Assembly: GCA_043228905.1 (NCBI GenBank)
Contig: JBHGNT010000006.1
Span: 10,540,001-10,604,000 of the forward strand
Source: Azolla caroliniana
Lineage: Eukaryota; Plantae; Polypodiophyta
Reading direction: 5' to 3'
DNA: 64,000 nucleotides
Shown here: positions 47,629-61,600 of the stretch, in pieces
How the letters are laid out: every line of letters begins with the position of its first letter
Numbering within the stretch: the first letter of the stretch is position 1
Made by a program: the position numbers and the translations under genes
The notes under the pieces: generated by a model
Database searches by the model: none
The model's input: only the letters and a program-made list of their open reading frames with translations
What the model was told of the DNA's origin: nothing

Positions 47629-48738
47629 TATAACTAGTGATTGCCCTAAGTCATATTTATACTTATATGAATTTAGGACTATTTACAAATATGGCCATGC
47701 CAGACACTCTAGAAATGTATATACAGATGTCCCTGGATCCGGTTCACCCCGCATCCGTCCGGTCCAGTTCCTTCCTTCGGCTCGTCTGGTTCTCATCTGG
47801 ATCCGTTCCGGAGGGACCGAATTCCCAACAAACTCCCTTTTCACTTGGCATGGGATGTCTTGTTAATCTGATCCGTCTCCTGTACATGTCCAACTTGTCG
47901 GCTAACAACACCTTGGTTAGCATGTCTGACCCGTTCTCCTCTGTATGGATCTTCATCAACAAGAACTCTTTATCTTCTACCTTCTCTTGGAGCCTGTGAT
48001 ATCTTCTCTAGATGTTCTTAGTCTAGGAATGGTAGGTTGCGTTCTTCGTGAGGTGGATTGTACTTTGACTGTCGCATTGGAGCCGGAATTCCTCTTGTCG
48101 GATCCCTAGCTCTTTGATGAAGTCCTTCATCCAGATTACCTCTTTGCTAGCTTCTACAACTGCCATGTACTCCGCTTCCGTTGTCGACAATACAACAGAC
48201 TTCTGCAACCTCAACTGCCACAATACAACTCCCCCTCCATAAGTCATGACATATCCAGATGTAAACCTCTTGGTATCCGCATAAGCCGACATATCTGAAT
48301 TCGTGAATCCTTCAAGTTGGGGTTTTCCTAAGCTGAATTGGAGGCACATACTCGAGGTGCCTTTCAAGTACCGGAGTATCCACTTGATCGCGGTCCAGTG
48401 TTCTCTTCTTGGATTGCTCATGAATTCGTTGATCACTCCGACAACATTTGTGATATCCGGCTAAGTACACACCATTCCGTACATCGAGCTCCTAACGGCG
48501 GAGGCATATGGTATCTTCATCATCTCTGACTTCTCCATCTTGGTCTTCAGACTTTGCTTTCCGGACAGGTTGTAGTTTGTCGGAAGTGTCGACCCGACCG
48601 GCTTCGCATCCGTCATGTTGAATAGTTGAACAACCTTTGTTTTGTCACGTACTTCTCCTGTGACAGCTACAATAGCTTCTTCGTTCGGTCTTGGACTATG
48701 TGCATCCCCAATATCTGTCTTGCCGGACCCAAATCTTT
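46644..48738 (-). mobile_element. Element J2: Tork-like copia 3' end (3' LTR 46644-47830 with nested solo LTR, PPT, RH/RT)
   Basis: HWTAIKWILRYLKGT, LSTTEAEYMAVVEASKE, KIHTEENGSDMLTK; PPT GTGAAAAGGGAG before TGTTGGGAATTCGG. Confidence 0.88.
46863..47497 (+). mobile_element. Gypsy solo LTR nested in the J2 LTR
   Basis: TGTCGTGAAGAT...ATCTTCGCGACA inverted termini; flanks TCGA/CCGG fit a deaminated 4-bp TSD; TATATAAA at about 47222; the host LTR is contiguous across it. Confidence 0.85.
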
Positions 48739-50456
48739 TGCGGAATAGCGGTCGGCCACAACCGAGACTCAAACACTTTATGAGAGAACAAAACAGAGAT
48801 CGAGGTTCGTACACTTACAGAGAAGAGACGACACAAGATGTTTACATGGAAAACCCTAATTGGGAAAAACCACGGGAGCCCACATACTCCAACTATCACT
48901 ATATGAGAAAAGGAGGTACAACAAGAGACTCAAAGGCAACGACCTCGTACTGTGTATCTTCACCAACCAATGACTTCTCTTCTCTCTCTCTCTTTGTACA
49001 CCTATGATACAACTACAACAACTCCTGAAATGATTGCCCTAAGTCATATTTATACTTATATGACTTTAGGACTATTTACAAATATAGCCTTTACAGGCAC
49101 ACCAGAAACATATTTGCAGATATGTCCCTGGATCCGGTTCACACCGGATCCATCCGGATATCTTCCGATCCGGTCTGGTTGCTGCATCTAGTCCGATTCC
49201 TTCTTTCGGCTCGTCCGATCTGGCTCCTCCGGAGGGACCGAATTCCCAACAAACTCCCCCTTCACTCCGGCATGGGATTTCTCGTTAGTCCGATCCATCT
49301 CCGTCACGTGCTGAGTTTGTCGGCTGACAACACCTTGGTCAGGATATCCGACCCGTTCTCCTTTGTGTGGATCTTCGTCAACGCGAAGTCTTGATCTTCT
49401 ACCTTCTCCCGGAGCCAGTGATATCTTCTCTGGTTGTGCTTGGTCCGGGAATGGTAGGCCACGTTCTTAGCAAGGTGGATGGCACTTTGGCTGTTGCAGT
49501 AGAGCCAGTATTCCTCCTATCGGATCCCTAGCTCTCTGATGAAGTCCTTCATCCAGATTACTTCCTTGTCGGCTTCCACAGTTGCCATGTACTCCGCTTT
49601 CGTTGTTGACAGTGCAACAAATTTCTGTAGCAGCCTCAACTGCCAGGATATGGCTCCCCTTGCATATGTCATGACGTATCCAGATGTGGACGGGCTGGTA
49701 TCCGCATCAACCGACATATCCGAATCCGTAAAGCCTTCCAATTGGGGTTTACCTGAGTTGAACCGGAGGCACATACTCGAGGTGCCTTTCAAGTATCGGA
49801 GTATCCACTTGACCGCGTTCCAGTGTTCTCTTCCCGGATGGCTCATGAACCGGCCGACCACATCAACTGCGTATCCGATATCTGGTTGGGTGCACACCAT
49901 TGCGTACATCAAGCTTCCGATGGCAGAGGCATTGGTATCTTCATCATATTTGACTTCTGTGCCTTTGTCTTCGAGCTCTGTTTTCCAGGCAACTTGTAGT
50001 TTGCTGGAAGTGTCGACCCAACCGGTTTCGCATCCGACATGTTGAACCATTTAAACACCTTTGTCACGTACTTCTCCTGTGATAGCCATAACAATTTCTT
50101 CGACTGGTTCCGGATTATATGCATCCCCAGTATCTGTCTCGCCGGATCCAAATATTTCATTAAGAAGGTCTGGTTCAAAGCCTTCTTCAGGTTTCTAATT
50201 TTGGTTCAGTCCAGTTCAACGATCAACATGTCATCTACATACAATAGGAGTATCAGGAAATCACCTCCATCAAATTTCTTCATGAACACACAGTGGTCAG
50301 CTTGTGTCTTGTGGTACCCTTGGTCGACCATGAAGGAGTCGAACTTCCGGTACCATTGCCGGGGAGCTTGCTTCAGTCCATATAAGCTCTTCTTCAACCG
50401 GCACACCAGGTGCTCCGTCCCTTTCTTCTCAAATCCTTCCGGTTGCTGCATGTAGA
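48739..50456 (-). mobile_element. Element J3: Tork-like copia 3' end (LTR 48739-49251, PPT, RH/RT) inserted in J2 RT
   Basis: YMQQPEGF..LKKSLYGLKQAPRQWY..LLYVDDMLI; PPT GTGAAGGGGGAG. Confidence 0.9.
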
Positions 50457-53400
50457 TGTAAAGAATCTAACTCTAGTAGAGTTGAGTATTCAGAAGCATA
50501 GTGTGTGTGAGAGAGAGAGAGATAGAGATAGAGAGAGAGAGAATGTATAAGCAAGAGAGGAATTACAGAGAATAACCAGAAAAATAAGAAAACACATAGC
50601 AGGGGGATGACAACATATGCACTTAAGAGAGCTATATTAATTAACTAAAGATCATCAATGGAACAAAATGGGTAAAGGGGGTTTTATATACAAGTCCTCA
50701 AGGGACTACCATATTAAATGTGTTGGTGGAATCTAATCAAGATATCCACTTTAGTACGATTTTGTCATAAGAATATCTAATATTCTTTGACCACATTCGC
50801 ACTTGACAACTACACGGATTACAATAAATTGTGCTCACACACTTTTTCGCACATCGTCCTTTTCTTCATAAGCACATGTTCACACAAGTTGAGCTTGACT
50901 CTCAACACGCCCCCTCAAGGTCAATTGTGTGTCCTCTTAAGCTTGGTTCTCTTGGTGTAGTTGAAGACCTGATTGTAGTTGGTCGGACTACTAGACCGTG
51001 GTTTTCCCATTGTTCCTATGTACTCGATCTTGATCTAGCAATGTCGATCTTGCTGATCCAAAATCTCAAGCTTCAAAACATTCCAGGCTTTGGAAAGTCT
51101 TCCTCTAACTTGCCGAGTCAAGTTCGATTAGATGTGTTGGCCTTACTTTGCTGATGCCGGTCTCACTCTTCCTCGTGTATGGTGCTGATTCTCCATGTTT
51201 TCCTTTGTCTTTGTACTTGTACTCTCCCCCAAGCTCCGCATATCGAGTGGTCTAAGGCCTAGATCCACTGAGAATGGCCGTAGCTTGTCGAGACCTAGCG
51301 CCTTAGTTAAAAAATCAGCCACTTGCATGTTGGTGCCAACATATTGGAGGTCAATGTCGCCGGCCAATATATAGTCACGGATGTAAGCATAGTGCACCTC
51401 TATGTGCTTAGTCCGGGCATGAAACACTGGATTCTTTGCGAGTGGATGCTGCTGAGATTATCGTAGTGGATCAGTATTGTCTTGTTCACCAATTCGTTGA
51501 AGTCTTTTAGCCATACAGCTTCGCAAGCAGCTACAGCTGCGGCCCTATACTTCACCTCAGTGCTCGATAGAGCGACTATTAGTTGTTTCTTGCTGCTCCA
51601 AGAGACTACTCCACTATTGAGTGAAAACATAAATCCCGAAGTGGATCGCCTACCAGATGCATTGCCCGCCCAATCAACAGATTTCGTGAAGCCCTTGAGT
51701 CGAAGTGGTGCTCCACGCTTATAGAAGATAGCATAATCAAGTGTTCCTCTAATATAACGTAACACTCGCTTAGCCCAATCCATGTGATTGTCGTGGGGGG
51801 TTTCCATGAACTGGCTAAGAACCCCGACTGGATAGTTGAGGTCTGGTCGGGTGGTAGTTAAGTAGATAAGACTCCCAATTATTTGGCGATACTGTGTCGG
51901 CTCACAGAATTTTCCAAAAACTGCAGTTAGCTTCATATTTTGATCAAGGGGTGTCAAGATGGACTTGCACTCAGTCATTCCAAACTTGTAGAGCAAGTTC
52001 AACACATAGTGTCGTTGTGAGACTAGGAACCCTTCTGGAGTTTGAATGACCTCGATGCCGAGAAAATAATGTAAGTCATTCAGATCCTTCATCTCGAACT
52101 TTTGTAAAAGCAGCTTTTTAATCTTTTGTATCTCAGTGAGGCTTTCTCCACCGATGACCAGGTCATCAACATACAAGATTAAGAAGATGGGGCTTTTGGG
52201 ATTGTTTTGAACATACAACGAGTTATCAGATTTTGACATCCGGAAGCCAATGTCGTGAAGATATGATGTGATCTTTGAATGCCATGTTCTTGGGGCTTGC
52301 TTCAGTCCATAGACTAACTTCTTCAATCGGCAAACTGCATGTGGATGTTTGTTTGATTCGAAGCCAGGTGGTTGCATCATGTAAATTTCTTCCTCAAGCT
52401 CACCTTGGAGGAATGCGTTCTTCACATCCATTTCATGCAAGTGCCACCCTTTCGCTGCTGGAGTGCAATTACCATCCTCACGGTGGTCATTTTTGCCATC
52501 AAGGCTAATGTTTCCTTATAGTCTATGCCATGGGTTTGAGCATACCCTTTGGTGACTAGCCGAGCCTTGAACCGATTGACCATGCCATCTGTATTATACT
52601 TTATCTTGAACACCCAACGACAACCAATTGGCTTCTTCTTGATTTTAGAGGATGGGACTAAATCCCAAGTATCGTTGTCAAACAATGCACGCATCTCCTT
52701 CCTCATTGCCTCGATCCACCGAGGATCTTGGGCAGCTTCTTTGGAAGTCTCGGGTTCTTGGTCTGTTGCGACCTTCATCATGAATGCATAGTGGTAGGCC
52801 ATGTACTCATTGTACCTGAACCTAACTATCGGTTTCTTTTGTTGGTTCGATTGACGGAGTTTTCCTTTGGTCACTTCCGGGGCCTTCTTCGTTTCATACT
52901 TGCTGTCGATTGATTGGGGTGAATGATCTAAGTTTTCATTGGATGTCATGTCCTTGGCCTCTTGCTCAGGCCCCTTGCCCTTTTGTTTTCTTTCTATGGG
53001 TGTAGCACCAAGGTGATGACACATCAGAGGTTTCTTCATGTTGTGCAAAAATTTGATTGTTGGATGACACCTCAGGTCCAGTCAGCTAGAGTGTGGGCAA
53101 ACTCTCTGCTGGTTCTCCACCCATACTGGTCGTTAGCATCTCTTCTTCTCCACTCTGAGAATCTGGTCCAGATATGCTTGTTTCGAGCACAGTGGGGGTC
53201 ACTGACTGTCACTGATGTTGGGCCATACCATGATGTCACCTCATCAAATACCACATCTCGGCTTACTCGTGACTGTCGAGTGATGGGGTTAAAACACTTA
53301 TAACCCTTTTGCTCAAGTGAGTAACCGACGAGGATCATCTTCTCCGATTTTGGGTCAAGCTTTCTCCACTTCTTGTCGGGGACATGCACAAATGCAATGC

Positions 53401-56400
53401 TGCCAAAAACCTTCAAGTGCGAAAGGTCTGGCTTTGTCCCAAAATACGTCTCATGAGGGGTTAAAACACTTATAACCCTTCTGCTCAAGTGAGTAACCGA
53501 CGAGGATCATCTTCTCCAATTTTGGGTCAAGCTTTCTCCACTTCTTGTCGGGGACATGCACAAATGCAATGCTGCCAAAAACCTTCAAGTGCGAAAGGTT
53601 TGGCTTTGTCCCAAAATACGTCTCATGAGGGGTGATGTCATGGATACCATCAGTTGTGCATCTACTAATGAGATACACAGCCGTAACTGCTGCCTCTGCC
53701 CAATAGATCTTGGGCATGTTCTTCTCCTGCAACATGGTGTCGGCCATCTCAAGAATTGTGCGATTCTTCCGCTCAGCAACACTGTTTTGTTGTGGTGTGT
53801 ACCAGCAAGAGAATTCCAGGCGAATCCTCTTCTCTTCTAGAAAGGCCTTGAACTCCGTTGAGAAGTATTCTTGGCCACCATCACACCGTAAGCATCGTCT
53901 CATTTTCCATGCGATTCTTTAACTTGAGAAAGTGGGAGAAGACCTTGCTTTTCGACTTCATCAGGCATATCCAGGTATGCCGCGAATAGTCGTCAATGAA
54001 GGTAATGAAGTACCTACACCCACCGATTGTCGCTGTTTTAGCTGGGCCCCATACATTTGAGTGGATGACGTCCAACAAGCCTTTGCTTCCATTTCTTTTG
54101 CTTAGGAATGGATGCCTATGTTGCTTGCCTAGTTGGCACGCCTCACATACATTATCAGGATGTTTCGAAGTAAATTGTGGCAATCCGTGCACAACCCCTT
54201 TTGTTTGCATTGATCGGAGTTTACCAAGGTTTACATGGCCAACCCTTTTGTGCCACAACTCAATATTAGACTCAGCCTTGAGTCCCTTTGCATACATTGA
54301 TGTGTTCACCTTAGTCGCATCAAGAATAAACATCCGACCTTCTCTTCTTGCATGAGCAATAAGGTGGTCCTTATCCTCGATGAAGCAACCTTCCTGGTTG
54401 AATCGTACTTGCATTTCTTGCTTGACAATTTGGCCAAATGACACCAAATTCTTTGTGATTGTTAGGACATGCAGTACATCCTTCATGTAGCCCTTGTTGT
54501 CGTGATTGTTAAGGGCCACATCTCCAATGTGCTCAATCATGTGTGTGGAATCATCACTGGTCTCCACCACACCGGGTCTCTCGGGTTCCCTCAAATTCAT
54601 GAACCATTCTTGATGACTTGTCATGTGATTTGAGGCACATGAGTCCAGAAACCAGACATTATCTAGTTGGGAAACACTTATTATCATGCTATTCGCTCAG
54701 TGTCGCATAACAAACATCGGTCCTTTGTTTTCTAGGCCAGCCATCATAACATAGTTTGTTTGCTGCCGGGATGAGGCAGTTGAGTCATTCTTCTTCTTCC
54801 GACACTCGGCTTCAAAGTGACCAGGATTTCCACATTACCATCACTCGATTTGTTGGTTCTGCCTGGTTGATTTAGGTTGGTGGAAGCTCCCCTTTCTGCC
54901 AGAATTCCCTCGGCTGTTTCGACCTTCTTGCTGCCTGGAATTAAACTGTTGTGAACCTCGTCCACCTCTTCGTCGGCCATTCCTTCCCCTGTTTCCATGA
55001 CCACGACCGTTACCTCGACCAAGATCATCATGTGTATATAGCATCTGCCCATCAGATGACGTGTTTTTTGTGAAGGATTATGTGCGGAAACGTCAGACAA
55101 ACCGGCTCAGTCGGATAGCAACAGATAGAGAGAGAGAGAGAGATCAATACACGGGAGAGATAGAGAAGGAGCAGAACATTAAAAATTTATTACAAAACAA
55201 TAATAGTTCTCTATACATACAACGTGCTCAATAACACTATTTATACAAGTCCTAAGAGGACTGACAGAAGTACGGTGTACTTCAATGCTCACATGAGCGT
55301 TTGACACTAACTACGAGACATTAACTACCTAGTAGTCTAGGCTGCTACTAGGCTTCTGGTTATTGCTAGATCCGGCTAAGAGGCTCCCTAGGTCACCGGC
55401 TTGCTTGCTCACCGGCTCACCGATCAAGCTGATCCTTCCGGATACCGATCCGGCTCAGGCTTATTCAACTGATCCGGATCCGGTTGAGCTTGCCGCTCAA
55501 TACTCCCCCTCAAGCTCAACTTGAGGTCGGATCGTAGTGTCAGTCTCCATGGTAACCGGTCCTTCCACCTGGCTCCTTTTGGCGTCACTCCGCCTTGCTC
55601 GCGCTCCTCGTCCGGTTCGGTCTGGTTTGCCGCGACCCTTTTGATTCTGCGCACCACGACCTCCTTGGTCGGCTTGTCTGCTCAACAGGCCCAATTTAGC
55701 TCCCTCGCTGCTGTGACTTCGGCGCTTGTCAACCTGCCGGTTCCTTCGTGTTGGCGTCGACTTCCGCTGCCTTCTCGTCTGCTTGGTCTTCAGTTGATCC
55801 GGTTCTTCCGAATCCGTCTGTTAAACAAAACCGGCTGTCTCTGATTTGTTCCAGCTCTTGTCCGAATCGGTCACTCCCGATTCGTCTTCCGGTTCCAGGC
55901 CCTTCACCACATCGGACGATGTCTGGGTCTTGGCCTTCTTCTTCCGGTCGGCTCTGTCCTTCTTGACTCTGCCGCCACTGCCGCTTGTTCCAACTTGTTC
56001 AGATGTGTCAACTTCCTTTGTCGACTCGGCTCCTTTCTTCTTCTTGTCTCTCCCTCTGTCGGTTCTTCCCTCACTGGCACAATCGGCAGTTTCTTTGCCT
56101 TTGCCCGTTCTCCCCCTCAAGTGTGGCACGTCGAGATGCTGAACACCAAGCATATCGGTGAAGTGCTGCAACTTGTCCGATCCGAGCGGTTTAGTGAACC
56201 TTGCCGATCCGTATGAACATACCGAAGTTCAACTTCACTGCTCAAAACAAGCTCACGCACGAAGTGGTAGTGCACTTTTATGTGCTTTGTGCGAACATGG
56301 AATACGGGGTTCTTGGCGAGCTGCATGCTGCTTATGTTGTCGTAGTAGATCAAGATCAGGGTCGGCACCTCGACCTGCAGGTCTTGCAGCAATCACCGAA

Positions 56401-59400
56401 GCCAAATGGCTTCACAGGTGGCAACGGTAGCGCCCCGGTATTCAGCCTCAGTGCTCGAAAGGGCCACTATTGGCTGCTTTTTGCTACTCCACGCAACAAC
56501 CACGCTACCAAGGGAAAACATATATCTGGAGGTGGATCGGCGATCCGATGCATCGCCAACCCAGTCGGCATCAGTGTAGCCAACTAGCTCTTCGGTTATA
56601 CCATGCCGGTATAACAATCCCCGGTCCTTCGTGCCGCTCACATATTGCAAAATTTGATGCGCACACAAAAGGTGCTCCACGGTCAACTTTTGCATATATT
56701 GGTTGATCACGCCGACTGGATAACTGATGTCGGGTTGGGTGATTGTCAAATATATAAGGCTTCCGACGATTTGTCGGAACCGCTTCTCATCGCAGGCCGG
56801 TACGGAGTCGGGACAGAGCTTCTGGTTCTGGTCCAGGGGTGTGGAGATCGGGAGCAATATTCCGTCATGCTGAACTTGTACAACATATTCAACACATAGT
56901 GTCTTTGTGAGAGCAATATTCTGTCGGGAGTTCGGATCACCTCAATCCCAAGGAAATAGTGAAGGTCCCCCAGGTCCTTCATCTCAAATGCGTCCGACAA
57001 TTGGGACTTGACTTGGCTGATTTCATCGAGTCTAGATCCGGTGCTGACTAGATCATCAACATATAGCAATATGCAAACCGGACCGTCCGGACTTTGTCGG
57101 ATGAACAACGAAGAGTCAGACTTGGAGGCCACAAAGCCCATCTTACGTAACCGGTGTGTGATCTTCGCATTCCAAGCTCGGGGGGCTTGCTTCAGGCCAT
57201 AAAGTGACTTCTTCAGCCGGCATACCGCCGACTTGTTCATCTCCGACTGGAAATCGGGGGGGTTGGGTCATAAAGACCTCTTCTTCAAGATCGCCTTGAA
57301 GAAATGCATTCTTCACATCCATCTAGTGAAGATGCCACTCCCTTGCCACATCAACCGCAAGCACCACACGAACCGTCGTCCTCTTTGCTACCGGAGCGAA
57401 GGTCTCATCGTAGTCGATTCCGTGGGTCTATGCATATCCCTTCGCCACTAACCGGGCCTTGTACCGGTTAACCTAACCTTGTACACCCACTTACATCCGA
57501 TCGATTTACAGTGTCGGGGAGGGTCAACGAGGTCCCATGTGTCGTTGGCATCGAGTGCCCGCATTTCTTCCTTCATAGTGGTACGCCAATTTGCGTCCTT
57601 TGCCGCTTCTGCATAGCTCTCCGGCTCACGCATTTCTGCAACCTTGGTCATGTACGCATAGTGATGCGCCATGTACTCATTGTACCCACCGCTTCACGGG
57701 GTTCTTCTAGTGGGAAGACCGGCGTAACTTATCGTTACCCGCTTTGGGGCCCTTCTTGGCCGGTTCGGACTTCGTTCCCAAAGATCCACCTTCATCCTTT
57801 TCGGAGTCGGATTCACTCCGATCTGACTCAATGTTGCTGGTTTTGTATTCCGGCATCTTCTTCTTCCCTTTCTCTTTGCGCGTGAACTGTCTCCTCAGTT
57901 CCTTGCGTGGAGAGAGCACGATAGAGTCTCCACTACTCGCCGGTTCTTCATCAGACTGGTCATCCCGACTCAGCCGCTCATTCGGTCCACTCAACTGAAA
58001 CGATTCCGGACTCTCATCTAGAGTCTCGAACCCTTTGTCTTTTAACTAGACTGGTTCAGGCTCACTAGCCTCATCCTTCGGTATCGGTTTAGGGTCGGAA
58101 GTCGGAGCCGGTAAGGAGTACCATGATGCCGATTCATCGAACTCGACATCTTGGCTTACTTGGACTTGATTCGTCCGGGGGTTATAACACTTGTACCCCT
58201 TTTGCTCATGCAAGTAACCGACCAGGATGCATTTCTCCGACTTAGCATCCAACTTCCTCGCCTTCTCATCTGGCACATGCACATATGCAATGCTACCGAA
58301 TATCCGAAGGTGTCTCAAATTCGGGTTGTGCCCGAAATACAGCTCATGTGCTGACACCTTGTCACCGATCCGGTTTTGGATGTACACGGCCGTCTGGACC
58401 ACCTCACCCCAGTTGAAATGGGGCATGCTCTTCTCCTCAAGCATTGCACTTGTCGCATCAACAATTGACCGGTTCTTCCTTTCGGCCACACCGTTTTGGT
58501 CCGGTGTGTACCTGCAGCTGAATTCTCTTCGAATTCTGTTCTACTGCAGATAACTGTTGAATTGGCCGGAAAAATATTCTTTTCCGCCATCCGACCGCAG
58601 GCACTTGATCTTCCTCTCCGTTTCCCATTCAACCAGGCTCTGCAGGTTCTGGAAACACTCGAAGACTTCGCTCTTCCGCTCAATGAGGTAGATCCATGTG
58701 TGCCGGTTGTAGTCGTCGATGAAGGAGATGAAATATCAACTCCCGCCAAGACTCACATTTTGTGCAAGTCCCCATACATCCGAATGAATTAGATCGAGCT
58801 TGTTACGGCTCCGGTTTTGTTCGGTGGGGAATGGAAGCTGGTGTTGCTTCCCGAGTTGGCAGACTTCACATATTTGGAGCTTTTGGCCATTGAACTTTGG
58901 CAAACCAAAAACAACTTGTTTCGTTTGTGGGTCTTGAAGCCTCCGGTAATTGATCTGGCCGATCCGCTTGTGCCAGAGACCAATATACGATTCAATATTC
59001 TAACCTTTGGCGAACAAAGTGGTGCCGATGTCATTGGTGTAAAGGATAAACATCCTCCCATCTCTGCGCCCTTGCGGAATGATCTGGCTCTCTTCCTCGA
59101 TGAAGCACCCAAGGTGGGTAAACCGCACCTGCATCCCTTGGTCAACAATTTGACCGACTGACACCAATTTCTTTGTGATAGTTGGAACATGTAATACGTT
59201 CATCAGCTTCCCCCTCTGTCCGACGTGGCTCAAAGGGACTTCTCCGACATGCATGATTGGGTGAGGAGGGTCGTCTCCGGTTTTCACGACTCCCGGTTGT
59301 TCCGGTTGTTCCAAGAAGAAGAACCACTCCGTGTGGCTCGTCATCTGATTCGACGCACCAAAATCAACATACCACACTTCCTTCGATTTGGAAGTGGTCT

Positions 59401-61600
59401 TCTTGATTGAGTTAACCTTGTGTTTCATCACCAAGGGTGGCCCTTTACCGGCTTTTCCGGTTTTGGATCCTCGCGATCCATTTGCGTAGTGCGAGTATTG
59501 CCGGTTCTCTCTGCCGGCCTTGCCGGACCCGGATTTGTCTGAATCGGCGCGTTTCTTCCAGCACTTGCTTTCTCTGTGGCCCTTTTTACCACAATACCAG
59601 CATTTCGTGTCGGCCTTTCCTTGCCGGCCTCCGGCGTCGCCTTGAATCCCCTTGCTTGTGGAGGGTCAGAAACTGTTGTTGGCACGTTCTCTGTGCCTTC
59701 AATCCTGCTCTTGCCGGCTGCTACCATTGCGAGCCGACCCGCCTCATCCACCACACCCACGGGGTCGATCCGCCTCCGTGTACAACATCCGATTGTCGAT
59801 GGGTGCACTTGTTGACGCACCGGCGTGGTTCTCCTCTACAAGGAGCATCGACTGTAAGTAAAAAAATGACGGCACATTCTCCCTTGTACATACAGTCGTT
59901 CGGAACACTCTGAACTTAGACGCTAGGTCCCCAAGACAGATCTGCACCATCTCATCTTCCTCTACAGTGACGTTGATAGAGGCAAGTGAGTCACAGATCT
60001 CTTTGATTCGGGCCGTGTAATCGGCTACCGACATGTCCTTCTGTCGGACATTGCTCAACTCTTGTCGGAGTTGTAGCTTTCGGGCCATAGTGTTTGCCGC
60101 GAAAACCTTCTTCAGGTTTCCCCAAGCTTCTTTTGGCGTCTTGGCATCTCGGACATGGCTCAACAGCTGGTCTCCGACACTAGACGCAAAGTAGTACATC
60201 ACTTTGCTTGCTGCTTGTTCCCACACTGGGAAGTCCTTGTGTGCCGCATGAGGTGCTGTGTCGTTAGCTCCGTCGACATAGCTCCAGTAACCATGCCCAA
60301 GCAGGTACGGGTGCATCTTGTATGACCAAGATGCGTAGTTGGATCTATCGAGTTTCTCCACCGGGAGGGAGCTAACCATTCCTCTGTCCATCACTTCTCT
60401 TTCGGGTCTTAGGGTTTTCCTTTAGATGTTGATGTCGGCTGTAGAGGTTCTCAACCCTCTCGCTCTGATACCATGTGAAGGATTATGTGTGGAAGTGTCA
60501 GACAAACCAGCTCAGCCGAATAGCAACAGATAGAGAGAGAGAGAGATCAATACGCGGGAGAGATAGAGAAGGAGCGGAACATTAAAAATCTATTACAAAA
60601 CAATAATAGTTCTTTGTACATACAACGTGCTCAACAACACTATTTATACAAGTCCTAAGAAGAAATGACAGAAGTATGGTGTACTTCAATGCTTACATGA
60701 GCGTCTGACACTAACTACGAGACATTAACTACCTAGTAGTCTAGGCTGCTAGTAGGCTTCCGGTTACTGCTGGATCCAGCTAACCGGCTCCCCAACTCAT
60801 CGGCTTGCTTGCTCACCGGCTCATCGATCCGGCTCATCCTTCCGGATACCTATCCGGCTCAGGCTTATTCAGCCGATCCGGATCTGGTTGAGCTTGCTGC
60901 TCAACACTTTTCTACCGTGTATGGTTCTCCTCAACCATTAGCATGGATTGCAAGTCGAAAAAGCTTGGGGGGTTCTCCCTTGGTGTTATGGCAGTTTGAA
61001 ATGAGCCATATTTTTGTGCAAGGCCGCCAAGGCACATATGCACCATCTCGTCATCATCAACTGCAACATTGATGGAAACAAGTGAATCGCATAAGTCTTT
61101 GATCTGGAGGGTATAGTCTATCACAGACATATCCCCTTGCCGAATATTGTTCAACTCCTCCTGGAGTTGAAGTTTTCTCGCTGTGATTGAAGCCGCGAAA
61201 ATTTTCTTCAAGTTTTTCCATGCTTCTGTTGGGGCTTTCGCATCTCGAATATAGTTTAACATGTGATCTTATACACATGTTGCCAAACAATACATTACCC
61301 TACTAGCGCCTTGCTGCCATGTGGGGTAGTTGGGATTTATAATATCGAGGGCTGTTTCCTGAGCTCCCTCGATATAACTCCAATACCCTTGCCCAACTAA
61401 GTACTGCTGCATCTTATATTCCCAAGATGCATAGTTGTGCTTGTCCAACTTCTCTGTTGGAAGTGCGCTACCCATTTCTGCATTCATCTCTCTAATTTAA
61501 CTTGATTCGTATGCTCTTGTTATCGTGAGCCTCTTGCCGTGCAACACTACAACGACGATAGTTGGTTTGAAACAACGTCTCTAACTGCTCACATGGTTTC
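50457..61600 (-). mobile_element. Copia element K (3' LTR 50457-50907, pol, gag split by L; 5' LTR not seen)
   Basis: gag MNAEMGSALPTEKLDKHNY at 61487 reads through the L insertion site; WFLDSCASNHMT, IN, RT LYVDDL, RH; 172-bp duplication at about 53285-53628. Confidence 0.9.
55069..60906 (-). mobile_element. Copia element L, full length with both LTRs, degenerate ORF, TSD TTTTT/CTTTT
   Basis: 3' LTR 55069-55502, PPT 55503-55513, 5' LTR 60474-60906, Met PBS 60462-60473, gag 60394 through RT/RH to about 56110. Confidence 0.95.
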
